Assembly (NCBI GenBank): GCA_964291675.2
Contig: OZ219866.1
Span: 288,001 to 352,000 of the forward strand
Length of the DNA: 64,000 nucleotides
Reading direction: 5' to 3'
DNA from: Alphaproteobacteria bacterium
GTDB taxonomy: Bacteria > Pseudomonadota > Alphaproteobacteria > MPNO01
Under the pieces are notes generated by a model. The model made no database searches, had not been told where the DNA came from, and saw nothing but the letters and a program-made list of their open reading frames with translations. Made by a program: the position numbers and the translations under genes. Numbering within the stretch: the stretch's first letter is position 1; every line of letters begins with the position of its first letter. Below are positions 49,926 through 58,885 of the stretch, piece after piece.

Positions 49926-51095
49926 CTACTTCCAGGCGGGCTTGGCGATCGGCTCGGCGGTGCGCTCCTCGGGCGGCCAGACGATGTGCTGGGTGCCGCC
50001 CTGGATCTGCGAGATCATCGTCGGCAAGGCGACGTTCATCACGCCTTCGAACCTGACCGGCCCGTTGATGGTGGCGAAAGCCGTGCCGGCGATGGTCTGG
50101 CGCAAATTGTCCTTGTCGAGCCCGGCCACGGCGACCGCCTGCTGCAGGATCTCGACCGAGACATAGGCGAGCGGCGCGTCGAGGAAGTCGGGGTCGGTCT
50201 TCCACCTCGCCTTGAAGGCGGCGGCGAAGGCCTTGGCCGAGGGCCAGTCTTTCCGCGCCGGCGTCCAGTGGCCCATCGTCAGGATGCCGTTGCGCGCGGC
50301 TCCGAAGATCTTGCCGAAAAAGTCGTATTGCGGGCCAAGCAGCACGACCTGGGTCCGCTGGTCGAGCCCGACCTCGCGCGCGCCGTTCATGTAGAGCACC
50401 GCGTCCGCCGGGTAGGTGTAGGCGAGCACCGCGTCGGGCTTGGCGTTCTTCACCTTGGTGAGCACCGCCGTCAGGTCCTTCACGTCGGGCGGGTAGTCCT
50501 CGTTCAGCACCAGCTCGATGCCGGCCTTCTTCAGCGCCGGTACGACGAAGGCCTTGTTCTCCTGGGTGTAGGGAAGCTGGTTGGTCACCAGCGCCGCCGA
50601 GGAGACGCCCCGGTCCTTGAGCAGCGCCGCCAGCGCCTCGCTCTGCCGGTCGGGGAACAGCGAGGTCGGGAACCAGATATTGCCCGCCTTCAGCTTGCGT
50701 AGCTGCACCGAGGCCGCGGTGTTGCCGACGACGGGGAACTTGTAGCGCTCGATGACGCCGGCGATGGCGAGGTGGAGCGACGTGCCCCAGGGCGCGAGCA
50801 GCAGATCGACCTTGTCGTCGGTGATCAGCTTCTCGTAGATCTGCACCGCCTTGCCCGGGTTCGACTGGTCGTCGTAGGAGACGAACTCGACCTTGCGCCT
50901 GGCTCCGGCGACATCGAGCCCGCCGGCGGCGTTCACCTGCTCGCGCCACAGATTGTAGGACTGGTACTGCGACGTGGCGGCCTGGGCGAACAACCCGGTC
51001 TTCGATTCCGAGAAACCGATCTTGACGGGTTCGGCCGCGTTGGCGGCGATCGATCCGGCCAGCGCCGCCGCGATGGCGGCGAGAAATTTCTTCAT
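49926..51095 (-). CDS. ABC substrate-binding protein (LivK-like)
   Basis: Signal peptide MKKFLAA, YDDQSNP, YEKLITDDKVD. Confidence 0.9.
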   Translation of the reverse strand: MKKFLAAIAAALAGSIAANAAEPVKIGFSESKTGLFAQAATSQYQSYNLWREQVNAAGGLDVAGARRKVEFVSYDDQSNPGKAVQIYEKLITDDKVDLLLAPWGTSLHLAIAGVIERYKFPVVGNTAASVQLRKLKAGNIWFPTSLFPDRQSEALAALLKDRGVSSAALVTNQLPYTQENKAFVVPALKKAGIELVLNEDYPPDVKDLTAVLTKVKNAKPDAVLAYTYPADAVLYMNGAREVGLDQRTQVVLLGPQYDFFGKIFGAARNGILTMGHWTPARKDWPSAKAFAAAFKARWKTDPDFLDAPLAYVSVEILQQAVAVAGLDKDNLRQTIAGTAFATINGPVRFEGVMNVALPTMISQIQGGTQHIVWPPEERTAEPIAKPAWK

Positions 51096-51124
51096 CGTCC
51101 TTTGCCTTCCCTGTCTGGATGCCG

Positions 51125-52189
51125 TCAGCGCGCGACCCGTTGCACGACCATGTCCGGGTCGGCGAACCGCCCCCTGTCGAGGATGAGCTCGTTGTCGAGC
51201 ATGATCGAGCAATCGCGCATCGGCACGTCGTAATGGCCGGTGGTGGTCCGGCTGCCGCCGCCCTGCGAGTTCGGCCCGGTGGAAAACAGGAAGTTGCCGG
51301 CAAACGCGCGCAGCGAGGCGTTCGAGCGGTCCGGGTCGTCGCCGTAGAGCGCCACGTTGTCCCAGCGCGATTGCGGGTTGAGCCCCCAGCCGAGATGCGA
51401 GACCGCATGCCCGTCCATGTCGCCGGCATGGGCCCGGTTGTCCTCCAGCCACTGGCTCATCAGCTTGGCGTCGAGCCCGCCCTCGATCCGGCGGATGAAG
51501 CCGTCGCGGATCTCGAGCCGGATCTCGTCGCTGACGTAGCGGTTGTAGGGGAGGACGACGAAATCGCCCGGGCGGATGACCACGGTGCCGTTCGCCGAGC
51601 CCTCGTTGGGGAAGGTGTGGACGTGCCCGGCGCCCCAATGGTCGAAGCGGCCGGGCTCCTCGGCGAAGCCGTACTGGATCATCGTCGGGTACTCGCCGAG
51701 CGAGACGGTGAGATCCATGCCGTCGTCGTTGAACATGCGCATGGTCTCGGCCTGTTCGAGGCGCTTGCCCGAATGGATCGCCGCCTGCTTGAGCCCGGGC
51801 GGCGCCATCGTGCGCTCCAGGTCGTCCGGATGGTCGACCACCATCAGCACCCGGGTCCCGGCGTCGCGCACCTGCTTGAGCCATTTGGTGAACAGCGGGA
51901 TGTGCAGGCAGACCAGCATGTCGGCTGCCTTCAGCGCCTCCAGCGTGCCCTTGCACGCGCCGACCGTCGCCACCCCGACCGAGGTCCAGCTCGGCACCGC
52001 GTTGACGCACATCTCGTAGGCATCGGCGCCCAGCGCTTCCGCGGCGGCGAACGAGGCCTGGACGTACTCGCGCCTCGTCGCCAGATCGCTCAGCAGCGCG
52101 ACCGTCTCGCCCTTCTGCACGTTGCTGAGCTCGAACTCGGCGCGGAACAGATTGGCCAGCCTGGCCGGATTCAGGGATTGCGGGCGCAT
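51125..52189 (-). CDS. nicX: 2,5-dihydroxypyridine 5,6-dioxygenase-like protein
   Basis: YGFAEEPGRFDHW, SHLGWGL, GNFLFSTGPN, HYDVP resemble Pseudomonas NicX motifs (from memory). Confidence 0.8.
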   Translation of the reverse strand: MRPQSLNPARLANLFRAEFELSNVQKGETVALLSDLATRREYVQASFAAAEALGADAYEMCVNAVPSWTSVGVATVGACKGTLEALKAADMLVCLHIPLFTKWLKQVRDAGTRVLMVVDHPDDLERTMAPPGLKQAAIHSGKRLEQAETMRMFNDDGMDLTVSLGEYPTMIQYGFAEEPGRFDHWGAGHVHTFPNEGSANGTVVIRPGDFVVLPYNRYVSDEIRLEIRDGFIRRIEGGLDAKLMSQWLEDNRAHAGDMDGHAVSHLGWGLNPQSRWDNVALYGDDPDRSNASLRAFAGNFLFSTGPNSQGGGSRTTTGHYDVPMRDCSIMLDNELILDRGRFADPDMVVQRVAR

Positions 52190-52257
52190 CTCGGCATCCT
52201 CCCGAACGGGGTCCGGCGAACCTTCACACGCGGCCCGGGGTCTGTCAATTTTCGCCC

Positions 52258-53007
52258 ATGGCGGGCGTCTCCCTGATCACCGGCGGCGGCAGCGGCATCG
52301 GCCGCCAGACCGCGATCTCGCTCGGCCAGGCGGGCGATGCGGTGGCGGTCGCCGATATCGACGCCGGCGCGGCAGGCAAGACCGCCGATGCGATCGTCGG
52401 CACCGGCGGCATCGCCGTTCCGTACGCGCTCGACGTCGCCGATGCGGCGGCGGCGGCCCGCGTCGCAGGCGCCGTCGCCCGCGATCTCGGACCGGTCGAG
52501 CGGGCGGTCAACCTCGCCGGCATCGTCGGATTCGCCGATATCGAGCACATCGCCGACGCGGACTGGCAGCGGATGATGGCGGTGCATGCCGGTGGCACCT
52601 TCCATGTCTGCCGCGCCGTCGTCCCGGCGATGGTCGCGCGCCGCAGGGGCGCCATCGTCAATGTCGCCTCGGTATTCGCGCTGCGCGGCCAGGCCGGCGC
52701 CGCCCACTACGCCGCGGCCAAGGCGGCGGTGATCGCGTTCTCCAAATCGGTGGCGCGCGAGAAGGCGCCGTTCGGGGTGCGCGTCAACGTGGTCTCCCCC
52801 GGCCCGGTCGACACGCCGTTCTTCGGCCGCGGCATGGCGGGCGACGAGCTCGACAGGGTGCGCCGAGAACGGGCGCGAACCATCCCGCTCGGCGCCGTCG
52901 CGCGGGCCGAGCAGGTCTCGTCGGTGATCGTCTTCCTGCTCGGCGACGGCGCCGCCCACATGACCGGCCAGGTGGTCCCGGTCGACGGCGGCGAGACCAT
53001 GCGCTGA
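52258..53007 (+). CDS. Short-chain dehydrogenase/reductase
   Basis: TGGGSGIG, YAAAK, PGPVDT. Confidence 0.93.
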   Translation: MAGVSLITGGGSGIGRQTAISLGQAGDAVAVADIDAGAAGKTADAIVGTGGIAVPYALDVADAAAAARVAGAVARDLGPVERAVNLAGIVGFADIEHIADADWQRMMAVHAGGTFHVCRAVVPAMVARRRGAIVNVASVFALRGQAGAAHYAAAKAAVIAFSKSVAREKAPFGVRVNVVSPGPVDTPFFGRGMAGDELDRVRRERARTIPLGAVARAEQVSSVIVFLLGDGAAHMTGQVVPVDGGETMR

Positions 53008-53015
53008 TCGAGCGC

Positions 53016-53124
53016 TTCCCTCGATACGGCCCTTCGGGCCTACTCGGGATGAGGGAAAGTTACTTCGGCCTCCGGCAAATCCCCCTCATCCTGAGTAGCG
53101 CCCGGAGGGCGCGTATCGAAGGAC
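53016..53124. repeat. REP-like element, family B
   Basis: tcgatacg..ctactcgggatgaggg..ccctcatcctgagtag..cgtatcgaaggacg nested palindrome. Confidence 0.75.
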
Positions 53125-53149
53125 GCCACAGCGTGGCGCGCGGAATCGA

Positions 53150-53176
53150 AAAGGGGCCGGACGGGCCGGCCCCTTT
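53150..53176. terminator. Putative bidirectional intrinsic terminator
   Basis: AAAGGGGCCGG-acggg-CCGGCCCCTTT between convergent genes. Confidence 0.7.
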
Positions 53177-53197
53177 CCCTTTGCCGCGAAACAAGCG

Positions 53198-54247
53198 TCA
53201 GGACTTCGGGCGGTGCCTCTCCGCCACGATCTTCAGCTTGCCGTACAGCTCGCGCACCAGGGGGTTCTTGTGCTTGCCCAGGATCTCCTCGCCCAGCGGG
53301 CGCAGCTTCGCGAGGTAGCGCTTCTGGTCGGCCTCGGAGAACCGGATCAGCTCGACCCCCGCCTCCTCCCAGATCTTGTGCGATGCCGCGACCTTGTTGC
53401 GGACCGCCTCGGCCACCTCCTCCTCCAGCTCGCCGGGGATCTCGAGGGCCATCTTGCGGATGTCGGCCGGGAGCTTGTTCAGCCAGGCCTTGCTGTACCA
53501 GGTCGCGGTCGGGATGTAGCCGCCGCCGGACACGGTGGTGAACTTGGCCACGGTCTGGAACTTCAGCCCGGTCATGGCGACGATGCTGGAGCGGCAGGCA
53601 TCGACCACGCCGCGCTGCATCGCCGGCACCACCTCGGTGAAGTTCATCGGCACGCCGGTGCCGCCCCAGGCGCCGGGTATCGCGCGCTCCACCGGGCTCG
53701 CCAGCACGCGGATCTTGAGCCCGGCGATGTCCTCTGGCTTGCGGATCGGCTTGGTGCTGGCATAGGAGGTGCCCTCATAGACGATCAGCCCGGCGCCGAC
53801 CACGCCCTTGGCCTCCGCGGCGGCCAGGAAGGGCGTCTTGAACTCGGGGTCGCGGATCGCGTCGTTGCCGTGCTTCTGGCTCAGGAAGATGCCCGGCGCG
53901 TCGGGCACCATGAAGGCCTGGTTGACGCCGACATAGAAGGCGGGCGGGGTCAGGAAGACCTCCTGCGTGCCGAGCAGGGTGGCCTCGACCTGGCGCGCGA
54001 TGGTGCCGAGCTGGCTCAGCGGGAACACCTTGTAGGTGACCCGGCCGCCGCTGCGCTCGGCCAGCGCCTTGCCGATCTTCTCGCCCCATTCCTGCTGCGG
54101 GTCGTTGATCGTCGCCATGCCGATCTTCATGTGGAATTTCTGGGCCACCGCCGCCGACGGCTGCAGCGCGAGCGCCGCGACGGCCCCGCCGGCGACGAGG
54201 GCGACGGCGAGCGCGCCCTTCCCGGCATATTTCGAACGCTTAGGCAT
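53198..54247 (-). CDS. Orphan TRAP solute-binding protein (DctP)
   Basis: Signal peptide, DIAGLKIRV, FTEVVPAMQRGVVD; GGGAG RBS. Confidence 0.88.
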   Translation of the reverse strand: MPKRSKYAGKGALAVALVAGGAVAALALQPSAAVAQKFHMKIGMATINDPQQEWGEKIGKALAERSGGRVTYKVFPLSQLGTIARQVEATLLGTQEVFLTPPAFYVGVNQAFMVPDAPGIFLSQKHGNDAIRDPEFKTPFLAAAEAKGVVGAGLIVYEGTSYASTKPIRKPEDIAGLKIRVLASPVERAIPGAWGGTGVPMNFTEVVPAMQRGVVDACRSSIVAMTGLKFQTVAKFTTVSGGGYIPTATWYSKAWLNKLPADIRKMALEIPGELEEEVAEAVRNKVAASHKIWEEAGVELIRFSEADQKRYLAKLRPLGEEILGKHKNPLVRELYGKLKIVAERHRPKS

Positions 54248-54381
54248 GTGGTCGTCTCCCATCGTTGGTCTTCGACGCGCAGACGGCGCCGTCCCGGATT
54301 GCGTCGCCGCTTCGGGGGCGGCATTTTGCCCGTTTAGCGGCGTGCCCGCCAGAGCAAATCGCAATCGCCGGGGAGGGCTCC

Positions 54382-55845
54382 GTGCCGGTCAGGACGGGCG
54401 ATCAATATGTCGAGGGGCTGAGGGCGCGCCCGCGCGCGGTGTGGATCGGCGGCGAGAAGGTGGACGACGTAGCCGCGCACCCCGCCTTCCGGCGCCCGGT
54501 CGCCCGGCTCGCCGGCCTGTTCGACCTGCAGCACGACCCGGCGCTGCGCGACCGCATGACCTGGGCCTCGCCGGCGACCGGCGACGACGTGGCGACCGCC
54601 TTCATGCCGGCGAGCGATAGCGCCGATCTGGAGAAGAAGCACGCCGCCTATCGCGGCATCGCCGAGGCGACGCTCGGCCTGATGGGGCGCTCTCCCGACT
54701 TCATGAACTGCACGCTGCTCGCCTTCGCCGAGGGGGCCGAGGTGTTCGCCCGGGGCGGCGAGCGCTTCGGCGAGAACATGGTGCGCTACTACGAGTTCGT
54801 GCGCGAGAACGACCTGTTCCTGACGCACGCGCTGATGTCGCCGCAGAACGACCGGTCGAGGGCGTCCTCGGCGCAGGCCGAGCGGGACCTCCATCTCGGG
54901 CTGGTCTCGGAGTCCGGCGACGGCATCGTGGTGTCGGGCGCCCGCATGATCGCGACGCTCGGTCCGGTGGCCGACGAGGTGCTGATCTACAACATCCCGG
55001 GCTTGCCGCCCGAGGACGCGCGGCACGCGCTGGTCTTCGCCGTCCCGATCGACGCGCCGGGGCTCAGCCAGATCTGCCGCGAGCCCTATGACCGGGGCGA
55101 CACCGAGCCGGCGGATCACCCGCTCGCGGCGAATTTCGAGGAGCCGGACTCGCTGATGATCTTCGACGAGGTGCTGGTCCCCTGGGACCGGGTGTTCGTC
55201 TACAACGACGCGGCGATCGCCAACGCGATCTTCCCCGACACCAGCCTGCGGTCGTATACCGCGCACCAGACCTCGGTGCGCGGGCTGGTCAAGCTGGAGT
55301 TCGCGGTCGGCGTCGCCATGGCCATCGCCCGCGCGGTCAGGACCGACCGCTTCCTGCACGTCCAGCAGATGCTGGGCGAATGCGTCGAGGCGATCGAGAT
55401 CGTCCGCGCCTGCATCACCCGGTCGGAGGTGCATCACGAGCCGACGCTCGCCGGGTCGGTGCGCCCGGAGATCGCGCCGCTGTTCATGGCGCGCACCTAT
55501 CTCGCGCGGACCTACCCGAGGGTGATCGAGATCATGCAGACGGTGGGCGCGGGCGGGCTGCTGGCGATGCCGAGCATGGCCGATTTGCAGAGCGCCATCG
55601 GCCCCGAGATCGAACGCTACTACCAGGGCGCCGAGGGCATGCCGGGCGCCGAGCGGGTGGCGCTCTACAAGCTCGCCTGGGACCTCTGCGGTGAGGCCTT
55701 CGGCATGCGCCAGCTACAATACGAGCGCTACTACGCCGCCGATCCGGTGCGCAACATGGCGGCCAACTACCTGAACTACGACCGTTCCACCTGCGACGCG
55801 CTGGTCGAGAAGGCGCTGGCGCTGGGCGGGCGGGGGGAACCGTAG
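54382..55845 (+). CDS. 4-hydroxyphenylacetate 3-monooxygenase oxygenase-like (HpaB family)
   Basis: RTGDQYVEGLR, MGRSPDFMN, FDEVLVPWDRVF, RQLQYERYY. Confidence 0.9.
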   Translation: MPVRTGDQYVEGLRARPRAVWIGGEKVDDVAAHPAFRRPVARLAGLFDLQHDPALRDRMTWASPATGDDVATAFMPASDSADLEKKHAAYRGIAEATLGLMGRSPDFMNCTLLAFAEGAEVFARGGERFGENMVRYYEFVRENDLFLTHALMSPQNDRSRASSAQAERDLHLGLVSESGDGIVVSGARMIATLGPVADEVLIYNIPGLPPEDARHALVFAVPIDAPGLSQICREPYDRGDTEPADHPLAANFEEPDSLMIFDEVLVPWDRVFVYNDAAIANAIFPDTSLRSYTAHQTSVRGLVKLEFAVGVAMAIARAVRTDRFLHVQQMLGECVEAIEIVRACITRSEVHHEPTLAGSVRPEIAPLFMARTYLARTYPRVIEIMQTVGAGGLLAMPSMADLQSAIGPEIERYYQGAEGMPGAERVALYKLAWDLCGEAFGMRQLQYERYYAADPVRNMAANYLNYDRSTCDALVEKALALGGRGEP

Positions 55846-55870
55846 CAATTCGAGCGAAGCGGGGCGCGAC

Positions 55871-56572
55871 ATGGACCTGAACGGCAGGAACGCGGTCGTC
55901 ACCGGGGGCGCGGGCGCGCTCGGCACCGCCGTCGTGGCGCGGCTGCTGGAAGCCGGCGCGACATGCCACGTCCCGGCCCTGGACGATGCGGAGGCGGCGC
56001 GCTTTGCCCATGCCGGGCACGAGCGCGTGCGGCTCGTCGTCGCCGGCGACCTGGCGGACTGGGGCGCGGTCGAGCGGTTCTATTCCGGTATCGACGGCCT
56101 CTGGGCCTCGATCCACCTCGCCGGCGGGTTCGACATGGGCGGCATCGCCGAGGCCCCGCCCGAGACGTTCGCGCGCCAGATGTCGATGAACGCGGCGACC
56201 GCCTATCTCTGCTGCCGCGCGGCGGTCGCCGCTTTGCGCCGGGCGGGCGCGGGCGGGCGCATCGTCAACGTCTCGGCCCGGCCCGGGGTCGAGCCGCGCA
56301 GCGGCGCCGGCATGGCGGCCTACGCCGCCGCCAAGGCCGCGGTCGCGGCGCTGACCCAGGCGCTCGCCGAGGAGGTCGCGGCCGAGGGCATCCGGGTCAA
56401 CGCCGTCGCGCCCTCGATCCTCGACACCCCGGCCAACCGCGCGGCGATGCCGGACGCCGACCACGCCGCCTGGCCGAAGACCGAAGAAGTGGCCCAAACC
56501 ATCGCCTTCCTCGCCGCGCCCGACAACGCGGTCACGCGGGGCGCCGTGGTGCCGGTCTATGGCGGGGTGTAG
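55871..56572 (+). CDS. Short-chain dehydrogenase/reductase
   Basis: TGGAGALG, YAAAK, PSILDTPANR. Confidence 0.92.
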   Translation: MDLNGRNAVVTGGAGALGTAVVARLLEAGATCHVPALDDAEAARFAHAGHERVRLVVAGDLADWGAVERFYSGIDGLWASIHLAGGFDMGGIAEAPPETFARQMSMNAATAYLCCRAAVAALRRAGAGGRIVNVSARPGVEPRSGAGMAAYAAAKAAVAALTQALAEEVAAEGIRVNAVAPSILDTPANRAAMPDADHAAWPKTEEVAQTIAFLAAPDNAVTRGAVVPVYGGV

Positions 56573-56595
56573 AGCGGTGACGCTTCACCAAAATA

Positions 56596-56668
56596 TTTCT
56601 TACACTCTATCAATTTATGCTTCTATGGCATATTTTGTAAGGAGCTTTCCCCATTGTAAGGAATTCCT
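56596..56668 (+). promoter_or_regulatory. AT-rich TA promoter with repeated TGTAAG(G/A)A half-sites
   Basis: TTCTTACA (inverted) and two TGTAAGGA copies upstream of the antitoxin. Confidence 0.5.
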
Positions 56669-56670
56669 CG

Positions 56671-56907
56671 ATGGTCGAGTCCGCAGTCACATCCAAGGGG
56701 CAGACGACGTTGCCCAAGGCCGTCCGGGAGGCGCTGGGTGTTGGGCCGGGAGATCGGGTGCGCTATGTGATTCTGGACAATGGCGAGGTCCGGATAATGC
56801 CCGTGCGGCCGATATCCGAGCTGTTCGGCGTGCTCAAGTATGAGGGGCCGCCGGTGACGCTGGAGGACATGGAACGCGCCGTGGTGGAGGGGGCGACCGG
56901 TCGGTGA
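56671..56907 (+). CDS. vapB: AbrB/MazE-type antitoxin
   Basis: VTSKGQTTLPKAVREALG..GD motif. Confidence 0.9.
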   Translation: MVESAVTSKGQTTLPKAVREALGVGPGDRVRYVILDNGEVRIMPVRPISELFGVLKYEGPPVTLEDMERAVVEGATGR

Positions 56908-57335
56908 TCGCCCTCGACACCAACGTGCTGGTGCGTTTTCTCGTCGATGACGATGCGGTGCAGTCGAGAGCCGCTCGCGCGTTGATCGCCGAGCTCTCGC
57001 CCGAAGCGCCCGGATTCGTGTGCCGCGAGGTCCTCGTGGAGCTCGTTTGGGTGCTGGAACGGGCCTATGGATTTTCCCGGGACCGGATTGCCTCGGTCCT
57101 CGAAATCCTTTTCGGAACTCCGGCTCTGCGCATCGAGGTAGCGGACGACGTGATCCGCGCCGCATTTGGATACCGTCGTGGCGGCGCGGAGTTCGCCGAC
57201 CGGATGATCGCCGCTGCTGCGCGGCGCGCCGGGGCAGCGGCGCTCTACACCTTCGACCGGCAGGCGGCTCGGCTCGAAAACGCAACCTTGCTGGCAGCGG
57301 ACGGCCCCGCATCGACGGGCGGCGCCGACGCGTAA
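56904..57335 (+). CDS. vapC: PIN-domain toxin
   Basis: LDTNVLVR, E..WVL, FAD, TFD acidic residues; GTGA overlap. Confidence 0.9.
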   Translation: MIALDTNVLVRFLVDDDAVQSRAARALIAELSPEAPGFVCREVLVELVWVLERAYGFSRDRIASVLEILFGTPALRIEVADDVIRAAFGYRRGGAEFADRMIAAAARRAGAAALYTFDRQAARLENATLLAADGPASTGGADA

Positions 57336-57379
57336 GCCGTTGCGCCGCCGGCCCCGGCTGTGGCAGAAACCGGGGCGGC

Positions 57380-57454
57380 GCCGCAGTAGCTCAGTGGTAG
57401 AGCGCACCCTTGGTAAGGGTGAGGTCGAAAGTTCAATCCTTTCCTGCGGCACCA
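57380..57454 (+). tRNA. tRNA-Thr(GGT)
   Basis: Acceptor GCCGCAG/CTGCGGC, anticodon arm ACCC-ttGGTaa-GGGT, encoded CCA. Confidence 0.97.
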
Positions 57455-57500
57455 CCTCCTTCTCTTGCGACCCGCATCGTGGTAAGTGCTGGCCCCTGCC

Positions 57501-57593
57501 GGAGGGGTGGCCGAGTGGCTGAAGGCGGCGGTTTGCTAAACCGTTATAGGGGTAGTACCTCTATCGAGGGTTCGAATCCCTCTCCCTCCGCCA
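57501..57593 (+). tRNA. tRNA-Ser(GCT)
   Basis: Acceptor GGAGGGG/TCCCTCC, anticodon loop ttGCTaa, long variable arm, GTTCGAATC, CCA. Confidence 0.96.
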
Positions 57594-57610
57594 CCGAACT
57601 CTCCCGCCGC

Positions 57611-58882
57611 GTGCTCGCGCGGATTCTCTGCGCGGCCGGCGCGCTGGCTTCGATCGCCTCGACCGCCGCCGCCGAGCCGGACCGGGCGCGCTGGCTGCGG
57701 CTCGCCGTCGAACGGATATGCCCGCAGCCCGCCCTGTCGGGCCTCGATGCGCAGCACGCCCTGCCGGGAAGCTGGCTGCTCGGCGAGACCCGCCGGCCGG
57801 ACGACGGCGAGCCGCGGCGCATCGCCGTCCGCCTGCTGCTGCCCGGGGCCGACGAGCTCGTCGTCGAGCGGCGGCAGTTCAGGGGCGGGCTGCGTCAGTT
57901 CCGGGTCTTTTACGCCGCGCATGACGGCGACCGCGCCCGGCCGTCGCTTCAGGCGATCGCGGACGGGACCTGCCGCATCCGCTCGGGCCGGGCGATCCGC
58001 ACGGGCGGCGCGGGCTGGCGATATCTCGACCAGCTCGACGGCGATCTCCAGACCCTCAAATGGACCGAGACCCTGCAGGCCCCGTGGCCCGCGGGCAGCG
58101 ATCCCGGGGGTGTCCGGGTCGCGCTGGTGGATTCGGGCCTGGCCTACGACCTGCCCCTGTTTCGCGACCGGCTCGCCCGCGACGGCGCGGGCATGCCGCT
58201 GGGCTACGATTTCTGGGATCTCGACCCCTGGCCCTATGACGGCGATGTCTCGCGCGGACCCTTCCTGCCGATCCGCCACGGCACGGCGGTCGCATCGGTG
58301 CTGGCGCGCGAGGCGCCCGGGGCCGCGCTGATCCCGTTCCGCTATCCGCGCCCCGACATGAGCCGCATGGGCGAGGTGGTCGCGCGCGCCGCCGCCGCCG
58401 GCGCCCGCATCCTCGCCTTGCCGCTGGGCAGCCGCCGGGCGGAGGACTGGCGGGAATTCGAAGCGGCGCTCCGCGGGCGCGACATCCTCGCCGTGGTCTC
58501 GGCCGGCAATGACGGAAGGGACATCGACGCCGACCCGGTCTACCCGGCCTCTCTCGGGCTCGACAACATGCTCACCGTGACCTCGGCCGACGGCTTCGGC
58601 CGCCTCGCCCGGGGGTCGAACTGGGGGGCGGCGAGCGTCGACGTGATGCTGCCGGCCGAAAACCTCGCGGTCGTCGATTTCCGCGGCGCGTCGGGCCGGG
58701 CGTCGGGATCGAGCTACGCGGTCCCCCGCCTCGCCGCCCTTGCGGCGAGGCTGTTGGCGCGGGAGCCGGGGCTCGGCGCGGCCCGGCTCAAGGCGCGCAT
58801 CCTCGCCCGCGCGGCGCCGTCCCCCTATGAGCGCGAGGGCGTCGTGGCGGCCGGCTGGATCCCCGACCCGCTCGCGGACTGA
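57611..58882 (+). CDS. Secreted S8 (subtilisin-like) peptidase with unknown N-terminal domain
   Basis: VALVDSG, HGTAVA, SAGND, GSSYAVP catalytic motifs; signal-like N-terminus; start inferred. Confidence 0.85.
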   Translation: MLARILCAAGALASIASTAAAEPDRARWLRLAVERICPQPALSGLDAQHALPGSWLLGETRRPDDGEPRRIAVRLLLPGADELVVERRQFRGGLRQFRVFYAAHDGDRARPSLQAIADGTCRIRSGRAIRTGGAGWRYLDQLDGDLQTLKWTETLQAPWPAGSDPGGVRVALVDSGLAYDLPLFRDRLARDGAGMPLGYDFWDLDPWPYDGDVSRGPFLPIRHGTAVASVLAREAPGAALIPFRYPRPDMSRMGEVVARAAAAGARILALPLGSRRAEDWREFEAALRGRDILAVVSAGNDGRDIDADPVYPASLGLDNMLTVTSADGFGRLARGSNWGAASVDVMLPAENLAVVDFRGASGRASGSSYAVPRLAALAARLLAREPGLGAARLKARILARAAPSPYEREGVVAAGWIPDPLAD

Positions 58883-58885
58883 GCG

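Noticed and set aside
57410-57610. S8 peptidase ORF start at 57410
   Set aside because: Reads through two tRNA genes
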